Origin: Planktothrix tepida
Lineage (GTDB): Bacteria; Cyanobacteriota; Cyanobacteriia; Cyanobacteriales; Microcoleaceae
DNA length: 64,000 bases
Reading direction: 5' to 3' (one strand)
Assembly: GCF_904830955.1 (NCBI RefSeq)
Contig: NZ_LR882970.1
Shown piece after piece: positions 40,501-49,165 of the stretch; within the stretch, counting starts at the first letter, position 1; each line of letters begins with the position of its first letter. Made by a program: the position numbers and the translations under genes. The notes under the pieces were generated by a model. That model saw only the letters and a list, made by a program, of their open reading frames with translations. It ran no database searches and was not told the DNA's origin.

Positions 40501-41820
40501 ACTCACCGTTAAGCCTTCCATGTCTATCTGCATCGCTGGGTAAAGCACAAACCTCACTTGGAAATACGGTGTGTAGCTTAAGTTACGCGCTGGCTGCAAT
40601 TGTTCTAATAACTTTTCAAACGGTAGGTCATGATGAGCGTATGCTCCCAAAGCCACGTCCCGGACTCTTGAGAGTAGCTCCTCAAAACTCGGATTACCTG
40701 ATATATCAGTCCGCAGAACCAACGTATTGAGAAACAATCCAATCAATCCCTGAAGCTCACGGCGCTCCCGGCCTGCGTAAGGCGTGCCTACGCAAATATC
40801 GGTCTGCTCTGTATAACGGTAAAGCAATGTGAAGAGCGCCGCCAACAGCGTCATAAACAGAGTAACTCCTTTGCGTTGACTTAAAATCATCAAAGCCTCT
40901 GTTAGTTCTTTTGAGAGTGCTTGTCGGTGACACGCCCCTCGAAACGTTTGAGTTGCTTTTCGCACTCGGTCAGTTGGCAGTTCCAATATTTCTGGCGCAC
41001 TCCTCAGTTGTTGCTTCCAATAAGCAAGTTGAGACTCTAGTATGTCTTCCTGTAACCACTGCCGCTGCCAAACAGCAAAGTCGGCGTACTGAATCGGTAG
41101 CTCTGGTAGCTCTGGTAGCAAGTCATTGCAGTAGGCTGTGTAGAAAGCTGCTAACTCTTTGACCAATACGCCCTCTGAAGGAGCATCCCAGACAATGTGA
41201 TGTATTGTTAGTAACAAGATATGTTCTGTCGGTGTTAGCTTTAGCACAGAAGCTTGAATCAACCCAGAGCTACTGAGGTCAAAGGGTTGCTGGATTTGTG
41301 CCCTGGCTTTTAGCCCCCAAGCAATTTCTCTTTCACTCTCAGGTAGCTCACTCAAATCTATGACTTGCACACTCAAGGTCAAGCCAAGAGCAATAACCTG
41401 AACGGGTTGCCCCTCAACCGTTGTGAAGTTGGTGCGTAAGACCTCGTGGCGTTGAATTATCTTGTTGAGGCTTTTCTCTAAAGCGACAACGTTGAGAGAA
41501 CCATTAAGTCGCAGAGCTAGTGGTACGTTGTAGAAGGGGTTAGTTGGCTCCAACTGGCTCAAGAACCACAGTCCTTCTTGGGCAAAAGACAGAGGCAAGT
41601 TACCAGTTCGCGAAACTCTTAGAAGGGGTAGGTCAGTATCATTGGCGATCGCATTGCTGTTCTGTAGCAACTTTACAAGTTCTGCCTTATGCAATGCCAG
41701 TAAATTACGTACCTCTGGTGTCAGTACCTTCTTTGGTGCCCGCACGCGCAACTGGTCGTCTTCGACCCACAACTTCACACCAGCTAGGGCGAGTTCAGCT
41801 ACAAATTGCTTAAGGTTCAT
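37567..41820 (-). CDS. single-module non-ribosomal peptide synthetase: N-terminal TubC-type docking domain, C, A, T and TE
   Basis: The N-terminus (MNLKQFVAELALAGVKLWVEDDQLRVRAPKKVLTPEVRNLLALHKAELVKLL) matches the TubC-type docking-domain pattern. The C domain has HHIVWDA. The A domain has LAYVIYTSGSTGKPKGV, NMFGQTE, YKTGD and GRLDRQVKIRGFRIELGEIE. The T domain has FFTFGGHSLLAV. The TE has GHSFGGVVAFEMA (GxSxG). Confidence 0.95.
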   Translation of the reverse strand: MNLKQFVAELALAGVKLWVEDDQLRVRAPKKVLTPEVRNLLALHKAELVKLLQNSNAIANDTDLPLLRVSRTGNLPLSFAQEGLWFLSQLEPTNPFYNVPLALRLNGSLNVVALEKSLNKIIQRHEVLRTNFTTVEGQPVQVIALGLTLSVQVIDLSELPESEREIAWGLKARAQIQQPFDLSSSGLIQASVLKLTPTEHILLLTIHHIVWDAPSEGVLVKELAAFYTAYCNDLLPELPELPIQYADFAVWQRQWLQEDILESQLAYWKQQLRSAPEILELPTDRVRKATQTFRGACHRQALSKELTEALMILSQRKGVTLFMTLLAALFTLLYRYTEQTDICVGTPYAGRERRELQGLIGLFLNTLVLRTDISGNPSFEELLSRVRDVALGAYAHHDLPFEKLLEQLQPARNLSYTPYFQVRFVLYPAMQIDMEGLTVSPVAVETATAKLDLFVAFVNSDSGLIGTWEYNTDLFDASTINRMAQHFQTLLEGIVANPQQKVSELPLLTEPERHQLLVEWNNATKEYPFNKCIHQLFEEQVERSPDAIAVVFEGEQLTYQDLNQRANRIAHHLKTLGVEPEVLVGIYVDRSLEMVVSLLGILKTGGAYVPLDPSYPKERLAFMLQNSQPKVLLTQECLITELPEHTAQVVCLDTDRHLIAQHSEENLNQTATVANLAYVIYTSGSTGKPKGVQVTHANLCHYAQAMSQVLNITAEDVYLHTASIAFSSSVRQLIVPLASGATVKIATSEQRKDPQSLFTTIKQHSVTVIDIVPSYWRNCIHTLASLEPVTKQALLDNKLRLIVSASEPLLSDLPTQWTFGFQHKARLINMFGQTETCGIVATYPIPAQQDEPIKIVPIGRPITNTQIYLLDCHLQPVPVGVPGEVHIGGFGLARGYLNSPELTKEKFIPNPFSQEEGTRLYKTGDNARYLPDGNIEFLGRLDRQVKIRGFRIELGEIEAALAQHPELRETVVLARDDQPDNKRLVAYVVPNHEPPATIELRHFLQQKLPDYMVPGAFVMLSSLPLTPNGKVDRRALETPDTELSNSMGFVPPRDTVEQQLQQIWSEVLKLPTVGMKDNFFTFGGHSLLAVLLMAQISRHFGKNLPIATLFSSPTIEQLASCLRSETHSLPWSPLVAIQSGTEKRPFFFVPGVGGNVIYLYELARHLGSEQPFYGLQARGLDGESEPFTQLEEIATYYIEAIQTVQPSGPYLLGGHSFGGVVAFEMATQLLKQGHEVALLAIIDVVAPIVANKPNYSDEDEVAYLFDFASYIEYMFSLKLEVSKETLASLSQEEQLNYLKERLIRVNLLPPDAGIGLVRGLVQVYIASLKAHRAYLPSGLQQAPITLFRSSEVDVFEGDTEELKQRRKEPALGWNEFSSTIDIHVVPGNHSTMMQQPHVQVLATQLLSCLKQTQAPLA

Positions 41821-42070
41821 AGAGCGATTTCCTTCATACTGTCATCGAGTTCAGTGGATGGGGATGCTGACTGGAGCAGAGCCAATGCCCATTGCTCTAG
41901 CATTAGCTCTGCTAGAGAGGAAATGCTCACACCCTCCATAATTTTCATAACAGGCATCACCCCCGACTTGAACCAGGGCTGTTTCAAAGTCGGGGGGAAA
42001 AGAGTAAAGAAATAGCGATCGCTAGCTGATAAAATCAAAAGCGGTCGCTGATTTTTTTGTAAAAATAAAG

Positions 42071-43270
42071 ATGCTAACAATTCTAATAGAAAAACTGAAA
42101 AAAGTCAAGGATTACCGGAAAGCCCAGGGAACAAGGCATCCAATATGGCTAGTATTATTAATAGTCATTTTGGGGCTAATGTCGAGAAATTTAGGGTACA
42201 GAGAACTCGAAAATTTTGCGAAAATCAATCAATACCAACTGAGTCAAGTTTTAAAAATCAAGCTAGAAAAACTGCCATCATACTCAACAATAAGAAGAGT
42301 AATACAAGGAGTAGATTGGTTAAATTTAATTGAGATATTTAATGAATGGGCTACTTGTAATTATCCGCATCAAGAAGAACTAGATTGGTTAGCAGTAGAT
42401 GGAAAAAGCCTGAGAAGCACTCTCAAAGATTTTGGAGATAAATCCCAAAATTTTGTGATGATTGTTGCACTGTTTAGTCAAAGAACAGGATGCGTATTAA
42501 ACCTGAGAAAGATGGAGAACAAAAAAGAATCAGAAATCAGCCAAGCCCAAAAGATAGTAAGGGATTGCCAGTTAAAAAGAAAAGTAATAACCTTTGATGC
42601 GTTGCACTGTAATCAGAAAACTGCTGCCCTAGTTATTGAGAGCGGGAATGATTATATAATGGCTTTAAAGAAAAATCAAAAAAAGTTATATGAGCAAGTT
42701 GAAGCGGTAATAAAAAGTGAAAATCCTGTGAGTGTAGATGTGACTCATGAACACAGCCATGGCAGAAAAGTGACTCGAAAAGTTTCCATTTATCAAGTCA
42801 ATAACAACTTTCACAAAGGCTGGAAACATCTGAAACTTGTGATTCAGATAGAAAGAAGTGGCAACAGAGGAAAAAAACCCTATCAAGAAAAAGTATATTA
42901 TATCAGTAGTGCCGTTAACGAAGCTCAAACCTTAGCTCAAATCATTAAAGGACATTGGGGGATTGAGAATCAATACCATTGGGTAAAAGATGTAATTTTT
43001 CAAGAAGATAAAAGCCGAATTCGTAACTTTCAAGCAGCTAGCAACTTTTCAACTCTTAAAACTCTGGTAATCAATCTTTTCAGAAGTTGGGGTTTTGTAT
43101 CAATAACAGAAGGACAACTTTTTCGCCTCATTCCTAAAAATTGGGGACTCAATTTGACTCCCCAATTTGGGAAAATGAAACAGCCCTGGGAATTTGAAGG
43201 GGGTTCCTGTCCCGATGCCATTATATCGTTTATCTCGTTCTGCCTTAAAACCGGGTATGAACCGATTTGA
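42071..43270 (+). mobile_element. ISAs1-family (IS4/IS5 superfamily, DDE) transposase gene, apparently intact
   Basis: 399 aa. The N-terminal DYRKAQGTRHPIWLVLLIVILGLMSRNLGYRELENFAK is typical of ISAs1/H-repeat transposases. The C-terminal DDE_Tnp_1 region carries the E in HWGIENQYHWVKDV. Terminal IRs were not identified by eye. Confidence 0.75.
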
Positions 43271-43424
43271 TAATCTGATTGAGAAGTTGGTACGTTATCA
43301 TCCCGAACATTGTATGACATTGAACAACCAGTTTATCATTTTGAATAGATTCCAATTTCCCGCGGCTTAAATAAACATTAAAGAGGATTTGTAAAAATAC
43401 ATCAAAATCAGTTTTTAACTTTTC

Positions 43425-43955
43425 TCAATTGTTTATTCTATCTCTCAATTTAAAGTGAAAACGTCCTGCGTAGAATATCGCACTGATTAACACATTAAGG
43501 GTTAGTTTAAGCCAAGCCCCTACTACGCCGAAAGACATAACGCTTGTTAGTAATAATGAAACAGGTATCATTACAAACCAACCGCCTAATAAACTGATAT
43601 TTCGCACATAGAAAGTATCATTTAATCCCACCAAAGCGGCTCGGTAAATCATAAAAATAGCATCGCCAGCTTGGTAAAAAATATGAATACGCAGAATGGT
43701 AGTAGTGGTTGCTATGACTTCAGTGTCGTTACTGAATATTCCGATGACTAACGGCGAAAAAACTAGGGCGAGAATGCTAACTCCTTCCATCATTATAACT
43801 GCCCAGCAGGCGGCAAGGGATGATTCTTCTTTTGCGCCAACTGCGTCGTTACGCGCTATCGCATGGGCGACTTGAACGGTTGTCATACTGGCAGCACCTG
43901 CGCCAAAGATGTAACCAATATCTTTAATTCTCATCCCGATAGTGTGTGCCGCCAT
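43425..43955 (-). pseudogene. C-terminal half of a second MATE efflux transporter, N-terminal half missing
   Basis: 176 aa corresponding to MATE TM8-12. Upstream coding sequence is replaced by an IS5-type remnant. Confidence 0.7.
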
Positions 43956-44036
43956 TGGTACTACACCAAGATGACTAATTGGGGCTTGCTGAAAAAGTAA
44001 CAGAAAAGGAAACGAATGATGAACTAGCGAATGAAG

Positions 44037-44941
44037 TTAGAAGGGTAAATCAGTTTTTTTTTGAGGAAAGAAGTTAACCGATAAGTTATGATAATCAATG
44101 ACTCGAAAAAAGTAATTGACTAAAAAAATTGACACCAAAATCTGCCTAAGAATGGCAGAGAGATTCATGACTAAAAAAGTAATAGCAATTGCCGTTTCGG
44201 AAGTATGAGCTAGTTTATTCATAATCCGATTCAGGCTAAATCTTCTTTTCCCTTGCCCAAATTTGCCCTCAATTGAATTCCGAATCTTTTCATCGTCTAA
44301 CGCCTGCTTCTTAGTAGCTTCACTCAGATTTACTGGGGGTCTCCCTAACGGAGGGCCACTGATTCTAATTCCTCTTTCTTTACACCAAGCTCGGTTGTCT
44401 CTAGTTCGGTAAATTTTATCTACATGGACTGACTCAGGATAATACCCCGTATATTCTTTAAAAGCCTCTATTTGTGCTTTTAATATATTGCAGTTGTTTT
44501 TTAACTGCCTTTCGTCTTTTTTGTCGGGAAGGTCGGCGTTGTTTGGCTATTTCTAGGTAGTCTTTTCTGGCTTTCTTTCTATAAGTTCTAGGTTTCTTCT
44601 CTGATTTATCCTGACGGCTTTTATACAAACTATCAATGATTTTTTCCGTTTGTTCTCTGGCTTGATTTAAAATTTTTAAGTCCGTCGGATCTGTCACTTA
44701 TCCCTAATTTTTCTTTAATGATTAAGGCTCCCAATGCCATTCTAAATCTTTTGGCTGGTGCTCCCATCACAGATGAGAATAATTCTTCATATTCTGCTTC
44801 AAATTCTTCCCAGGGTATCACTTTTGCCATGATGACCCAGCGATTCTCTTCCGACAGCTTTCCCTCAAACGGCAGTTTGAAATCTTCTGCTGGTGTCCTT
44901 GGTTGTTCGTCTTTACGGTACATTTTCCCCGACTCCTGCAA
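44037..44941 (-). mobile_element. IS5-family transposase, fragmented by frameshifts and internally deleted (non-functional)
   Basis: Three consecutive ORF fragments. The InsH-N-like head is MYRKDEQPRTPAEDFKLPFEGKL...IMAKVIPWEEFE...MGAPAKRFRMALGALIIKEKLGISDR. The tail is ...RISGPPLGRP... and (V)EGKFGQGKRRFSLNRIMNKLAHTSETAIAITFLVMNL. Confidence 0.7.
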
Positions 44942-44951
44942 GGTTTTTGGG

Positions 44952-47111
44952 CTATTTTACACCCCTCCCTTGCACCTGATTCATTTTTTCTTGTCTTCTC
45001 CTCCCCTCTGTTCTGGCTTTTCGCCTTTTTTCAGCAAGCCCTAAATAACGACCAACCCCAACATATCGGAAATATTCTAGCTTGCCACCGGAGTGACTGC
45101 GGCGATCGCTCGTATATCGAAAGCCGAGGATATTGCCCACTGGTGACGAAGGGACAATGGCTAAATAGTCTCGTGGTGGGCGATTGACCAGGGATAAGCT
45201 AGTGTCGTGAAAGTCGATCACCTGCGATCGCATTAAAGCACTGAGGTGGTCAAGCACAAAGCTTAACCGATTCGCCAGAACTGTCACCAAGATGGCGAAC
45301 TGTAAATGGCGCGTCGCTTCCTCAAACTGGGTTTTATCGGTCAGAGAAATATTCACAGCCTCTAGCCATCGCTTCAACCAGTCCCCGATTTCCGCTAATG
45401 CAACTTGATCACTTTCACCACTGAGTAAGGTAAACGCCAAATCGGATAGTTCTCCTCCTTTGCGACGATTGAGAGGAGCTTGCAAAAATCTCTCAAGGGT
45501 CTGCATCAGTTGTTTGCGACGCTGACGTTCTTCAACTGGAGGTAAACCCGCTTCAATGCGTTTTTGTCGTTGTTGACTGCGTTCACTGCGAGTCAGTTTA
45601 GGTTGGGTTTGCTGATTATCTGTTTCTAAGGGAGGTTCTAGAATATCTCGAATAATATGGGCAAAGACTGAACGACCTGTAAACGGAGTTGAGCCTAACC
45701 ATTGCACCAGTTTCGGTTGATTGTGAAGTTTAGGCAGAATAATATCAGTGGCAATTTGAGCAAAATCATTCGCTTTCTTGGCATCTGCAATCAGTTTAGC
45801 TGCCAGAGGGCGACGATCAGAATTATAAATTGCATTGGCGAATTTAATTCCTAATTGATTTAATAAGGAATTTCCAGAAGCATCCACTAACACTTCATCA
45901 GGTGCAAACGCTTCATCAAACTGCACTTGGACTCGATCTGCTTCATCAATAAAAAGAAAGTGGCATTCACGGTAAACGGCTTCAGCAAACGTTAGTTTTT
46001 CTTCTAACAATTGGCGGGGAATGGGAGTATGAATCAAACTCGCTGGGGTTAATACCCAAACTAAAGATTGTCCAATGTCTCGTTCTAATTGATGATGAGG
46101 GCATTGGTAATAAAAAGGGCAGGTGCTATATTTATTATTTTCAGTTTCTTCTTCCTCACCTTCATCATCATCACTAGGACTATTCTGATTTATACTGTTC
46201 ACTTTTTGGTAAAGATTATGGCAAGGTTCGGAACCAAATTCCCATTTTTCCTCCGCTTGAACTAATGCTAATAAGGGGCAGATTGGATTAAACCAACGCC
46301 ATGCCGGATGGGTAGCTCCTTGATAAATTTCTTCTCCTTTTGTGGATAGAATAGGTTCATAAACTTTTTCTAATTGTTGAAAGCGATCGCTTCCTAGGAT
46401 AGGAGTTGCTGGAATGCCTAAACCATGGGAAAATAAAGAAGCGAGTCGTACCTGTGCCACCACATCATTCACAATTAAAGCACAGCGATATCCTTGTTTA
46501 GCGAGAGAGTAAATCAGAATTTCAAGCAAGGTCGATTTACCCACATTCAATAAACCGACGATATGGAGCAATTTGTCTAGTTTGAGTTCTTGATTTTGAT
46601 CACAGAAATTATCAGTTGATTCGTTATAAATTCGCCAGTTAATTTCTTTAAGTCGGCTATCATAATTTTCTGGTTCATATCCGCATTCAGCTAATTTAGC
46701 GTCCATTTCCCTGGCTGAACTGAGCAACTCCTCTTTAGTGATGGTTTGAGCAAAATTGTTTTGTTGGCGAATGTGATTAAACGCTACATTTCGCGAGAGA
46801 TCAAGATTAGCAACGGCTTCGGGAATATTGATAGGAACTTCTACGGGTGCATGACCTTTGTTAGAAATTTTTGCATACCAATAGCCCGTAGAGGCAAGTT
46901 TAATTTTTCGTTTGCTATGAGAGGGTGTTGTTGATAAGGTTTCTTTATAAAAAGAATGGCGTTGAGGGTGAATTGTGGTCGGAATTAAGACAGGGCTATC
47001 GTTATCAGGAAAACTGATTGCTCTGTCTGGAGTGGTGGGTTGTGGCAAAACTTTAACGCTGCGACGGCTACAAGAGACCTTGAGGAAAGGTGGCAAGATT
47101 TTGGTTTCCAA
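44952..47111 (-). CDS. large P-loop NTPase of unknown family
   Basis: Walker A is LHIVGLLNVGKSTLLEIL, Walker B is FLFIDEADRVQ, and there is a Cys/His cluster CPFYYQCPHH. The N-terminal about 140 codons of the tracked ORF are low-complexity and overlap plus-strand ExeA-like fragments. A likelier start is near MDAKLAECGYE (about 46700). Confidence 0.5.
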   Translation of the reverse strand: METKILPPFLKVSCSRRSVKVLPQPTTPDRAISFPDNDSPVLIPTTIHPQRHSFYKETLSTTPSHSKRKIKLASTGYWYAKISNKGHAPVEVPINIPEAVANLDLSRNVAFNHIRQQNNFAQTITKEELLSSAREMDAKLAECGYEPENYDSRLKEINWRIYNESTDNFCDQNQELKLDKLLHIVGLLNVGKSTLLEILIYSLAKQGYRCALIVNDVVAQVRLASLFSHGLGIPATPILGSDRFQQLEKVYEPILSTKGEEIYQGATHPAWRWFNPICPLLALVQAEEKWEFGSEPCHNLYQKVNSINQNSPSDDDEGEEEETENNKYSTCPFYYQCPHHQLERDIGQSLVWVLTPASLIHTPIPRQLLEEKLTFAEAVYRECHFLFIDEADRVQVQFDEAFAPDEVLVDASGNSLLNQLGIKFANAIYNSDRRPLAAKLIADAKKANDFAQIATDIILPKLHNQPKLVQWLGSTPFTGRSVFAHIIRDILEPPLETDNQQTQPKLTRSERSQQRQKRIEAGLPPVEERQRRKQLMQTLERFLQAPLNRRKGGELSDLAFTLLSGESDQVALAEIGDWLKRWLEAVNISLTDKTQFEEATRHLQFAILVTVLANRLSFVLDHLSALMRSQVIDFHDTSLSLVNRPPRDYLAIVPSSPVGNILGFRYTSDRRSHSGGKLEYFRYVGVGRYLGLAEKRRKARTEGRRRQEKMNQVQGRGVK

Positions 47112-47181
47112 ATCTTTGTCAGTGGATAAAAGTCGGGCGAGTTTGGCAACTAGAAAATCTGATCACAACAGAAGCGATTGA
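46975..47181 (+). pseudogene. N-terminal fragment of an ExeA/TniB-like AAA ATPase (transposition helper)
   Basis: GKLIALSGVVGCGKTLTLRRLQ is Walker-A-like and typical of ExeA-type ATPases. Only 68 codons survive. A possible C-terminal fragment (TEAIDVLAKRLRTPLQI) at 47090-47290 is in a different frame. Confidence 0.35.
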
Positions 47182-47193
47182 TGTGCTGGCTAA

Positions 47194-47385
47194 ACGGTTG
47201 AGAACTCCGCTACAAATAATAAAATTAAAATACCTGCCAAGAAATTCTGTAAAATATCTCGAAAGGCAAACCCAATTGCTACCCCACTAATACCCAATAA
47301 TTGGACTAAATCTCCCGCTTTCAAAGAAGGAATAATAATCGATAATGCGATAAACAAACCGACCAGGATTGTTGTGCCTTGGGCT
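47194..47385 (-). pseudogene. fragment of an MscS-family mechanosensitive channel gene
   Basis: The minus-strand frame encodes ...SIIIPSLKAGDLVQLLGISGVAIGFAFRDILQNFLAGILILLFVAEFSTV*, which is the MscS pore-helix signature (GxAxGFAxxDxxxNFxAG). It is truncated at both ends. Confidence 0.45.
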
Positions 47386-47488
47386 AATCGTCAGACTTTT
47401 GAACTCATGCGTCGTTACTGATGTTAGTCAAATTGAGTGGAATTAAAATCTATCTAAGGTTGGTAATTGCGACAACACTCTAAAATAA

Positions 47489-48304
47489 TTAAGAACTTAT
47501 TCGTTTAAGTATTCCTGATTTAGCAAAATAAGGTTGATTTTCTGATGGGGAAATACGACCCAGACCCGGAATTTTTGATTCATCAGGAGGAGGAAGGGGT
47601 GCTGTTAAAGGTTGGGTAATATCACGCCCAACTAATCGTTTAGATAAACGAGAAATCCGAGGATTTTGTCGCATCTGAGTTTCATTCATAGCATAAATGT
47701 GCAGATCAATATATTGTTGAGCGATCGGATCATATAAATGTTCTTTCATGATTCCTTCTAATTGAAATCCTGCGGTAATTAAAGCTGCATGGACAGGATG
47801 GTTATAACCATAACAATAGGCATAATAGCGATGTAAATGATAGGCATTAAAAATTAAATCTGTCATTAATAAACCCGCTTCAATCCCATAGGAAATAGAA
47901 CGATATTTTTCTTCAAAAATTCCAATTAACAGTTCAGCCCTTTTATGGAGAGCACTATAGTCGGCGGCGGCAATAATTCCAATGATGCCATGATGTTTAT
48001 GAATCATTAAACATTCTAAATAACCACTTTCAGCAGGTGTTAAACGGGATCTTCTGATTAATTTTTCTCTAACTTCTTCTACGGTTTCTGCTGTATCATT
48101 CAAACGAAATAAACGCATAAATTCATAACAAGAATACATTTTTTCAAATAGAAAAATAGCATCATCGGGAGTTGTGCGTTTGAGGGTTAGAGAACATCCT
48201 TGATGCAGAATGAGAGGATTTAAAGTCATAGGGTTATAGCAGGGAATAGTTAACAAAACATAGAGAATTACAATAAACCGGGGTAAAACGTTTGATAAAA
48301 CCAA
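47489..48304 (-). CDS. hypothetical protein, possibly GNAT-fold acyltransferase
   Basis: About 245 aa from the probable start MTLNPLILHQ (about 48229). The GIIGIIAAADYSALHKRAELLIGIFEEKY block is reminiscent of GNAT motif A. Weak assignment. Confidence 0.35.
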   Translation of the reverse strand: MVLSNVLPRFIVILYVLLTIPCYNPMTLNPLILHQGCSLTLKRTTPDDAIFLFEKMYSCYEFMRLFRLNDTAETVEEVREKLIRRSRLTPAESGYLECLMIHKHHGIIGIIAAADYSALHKRAELLIGIFEEKYRSISYGIEAGLLMTDLIFNAYHLHRYYAYCYGYNHPVHAALITAGFQLEGIMKEHLYDPIAQQYIDLHIYAMNETQMRQNPRISRLSKRLVGRDITQPLTAPLPPPDESKIPGLGRISPSENQPYFAKSGILKRISS

Positions 48305-49089
48305 GTAAAATTCTGTTGAATTGTGGTTTCAAAACGTTTGGGTAGCAGATAATTCACTAATGGCTGATGGGGATTATAGGGTTCTTCGACATATTTACCA
48401 AAAGACTGGGAATAATTAGATAATTCAAAATTAATTAAGGTTAAATTCGGTGTAATGGGTTGGAGGTTTAACCAACTGAATAATTCTGTTAAGACTTCTT
48501 GAGGATTCGTCATTAAATGCTCGTAAACGACATAAAATAATCGTTCCTGTAAACTAATTTCTAAGTCTTGAATTTGTTCTAAAGCCTTGAGACTTGAACC
48601 GATAATCCCTGGAGGAATAAATAATTTTTGAGCGCGTTCTACTCGTGAAATAGAAGCTAATTTATCAGGAAAATCTAATAGTAATGTTTTTTGATGTTGT
48701 GTTTCTATCGCACCATAGATTTGACCTAATTCTCTGACAAAAATAACCATTTTAAAATCAGGATCAATTAAATTAACTAACTCTAAATGCTCCAACCATT
48801 GGGGATGAAAATCAACAATCCAAGGTTGAGAGATCGGTTCAGACCATCCGTTGATAAACCCTCTCATTCCTAAGAGTGATCGCTCCATTGTCCCCTTAAA
48901 ATCCTGATTTAATTGGTTAATTAATTCGGGGTTAGTGGTCAAAAAGTTGCGAAAGTTCAGCAGTAAGTCACAAAGAGGCGATCGCAAATAATTACTATTA
49001 ATTTCAGGATGTTGGGCTAACAGTTGACTAACAAAAAACATCCCAGAGCAAGGAAGTCCGGTTAAATAAAGGTAACGATGATGGAGCAT
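48268..49089 (-). CDS. sulfotransferase-like P-loop protein (putative)
   Basis: YLYLTGLPCSGMFFVSQLLAQHPEI resembles the sulfotransferase 5'-PSB loop (PKSGTT). 273 aa. Confidence 0.4.
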   Translation of the reverse strand: MLHHRYLYLTGLPCSGMFFVSQLLAQHPEINSNYLRSPLCDLLLNFRNFLTTNPELINQLNQDFKGTMERSLLGMRGFINGWSEPISQPWIVDFHPQWLEHLELVNLIDPDFKMVIFVRELGQIYGAIETQHQKTLLLDFPDKLASISRVERAQKLFIPPGIIGSSLKALEQIQDLEISLQERLFYVVYEHLMTNPQEVLTELFSWLNLQPITPNLTLINFELSNYSQSFGKYVEEPYNPHQPLVNYLLPKRFETTIQQNFTWFYQTFYPGLL

Positions 49090-49122
49090 AAAAAAATGTT
49101 GAAGTTGTTAGGAATTGTTAAA

Positions 49123-49153
49123 GAAACCCGATTTCTTGAAGAAACCGGGTTTC
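49123..49153 (-). terminator. terminator hairpin downstream of giant gene 1 (duplicated at 58129-58159)
   Basis: gaaacccg / cgggtttc is a perfect 8-bp stem with a 15-nt loop, 13 nt after the stop, followed by a T-rich stretch on the coding strand. Confidence 0.6.
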
Positions 49154-49165
49154 GGGATGTATTCG

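Noticed and set aside
47090-47290. 66-aa plus-strand ORF with ExeA-like C-terminal resemblance (TEAIDVLAKRLRTPLQI)
   Set aside because: The same DNA on the minus strand encodes a much stronger MscS pore-helix signature. At most one can be a genuine relic, so I kept the MscS fragment.
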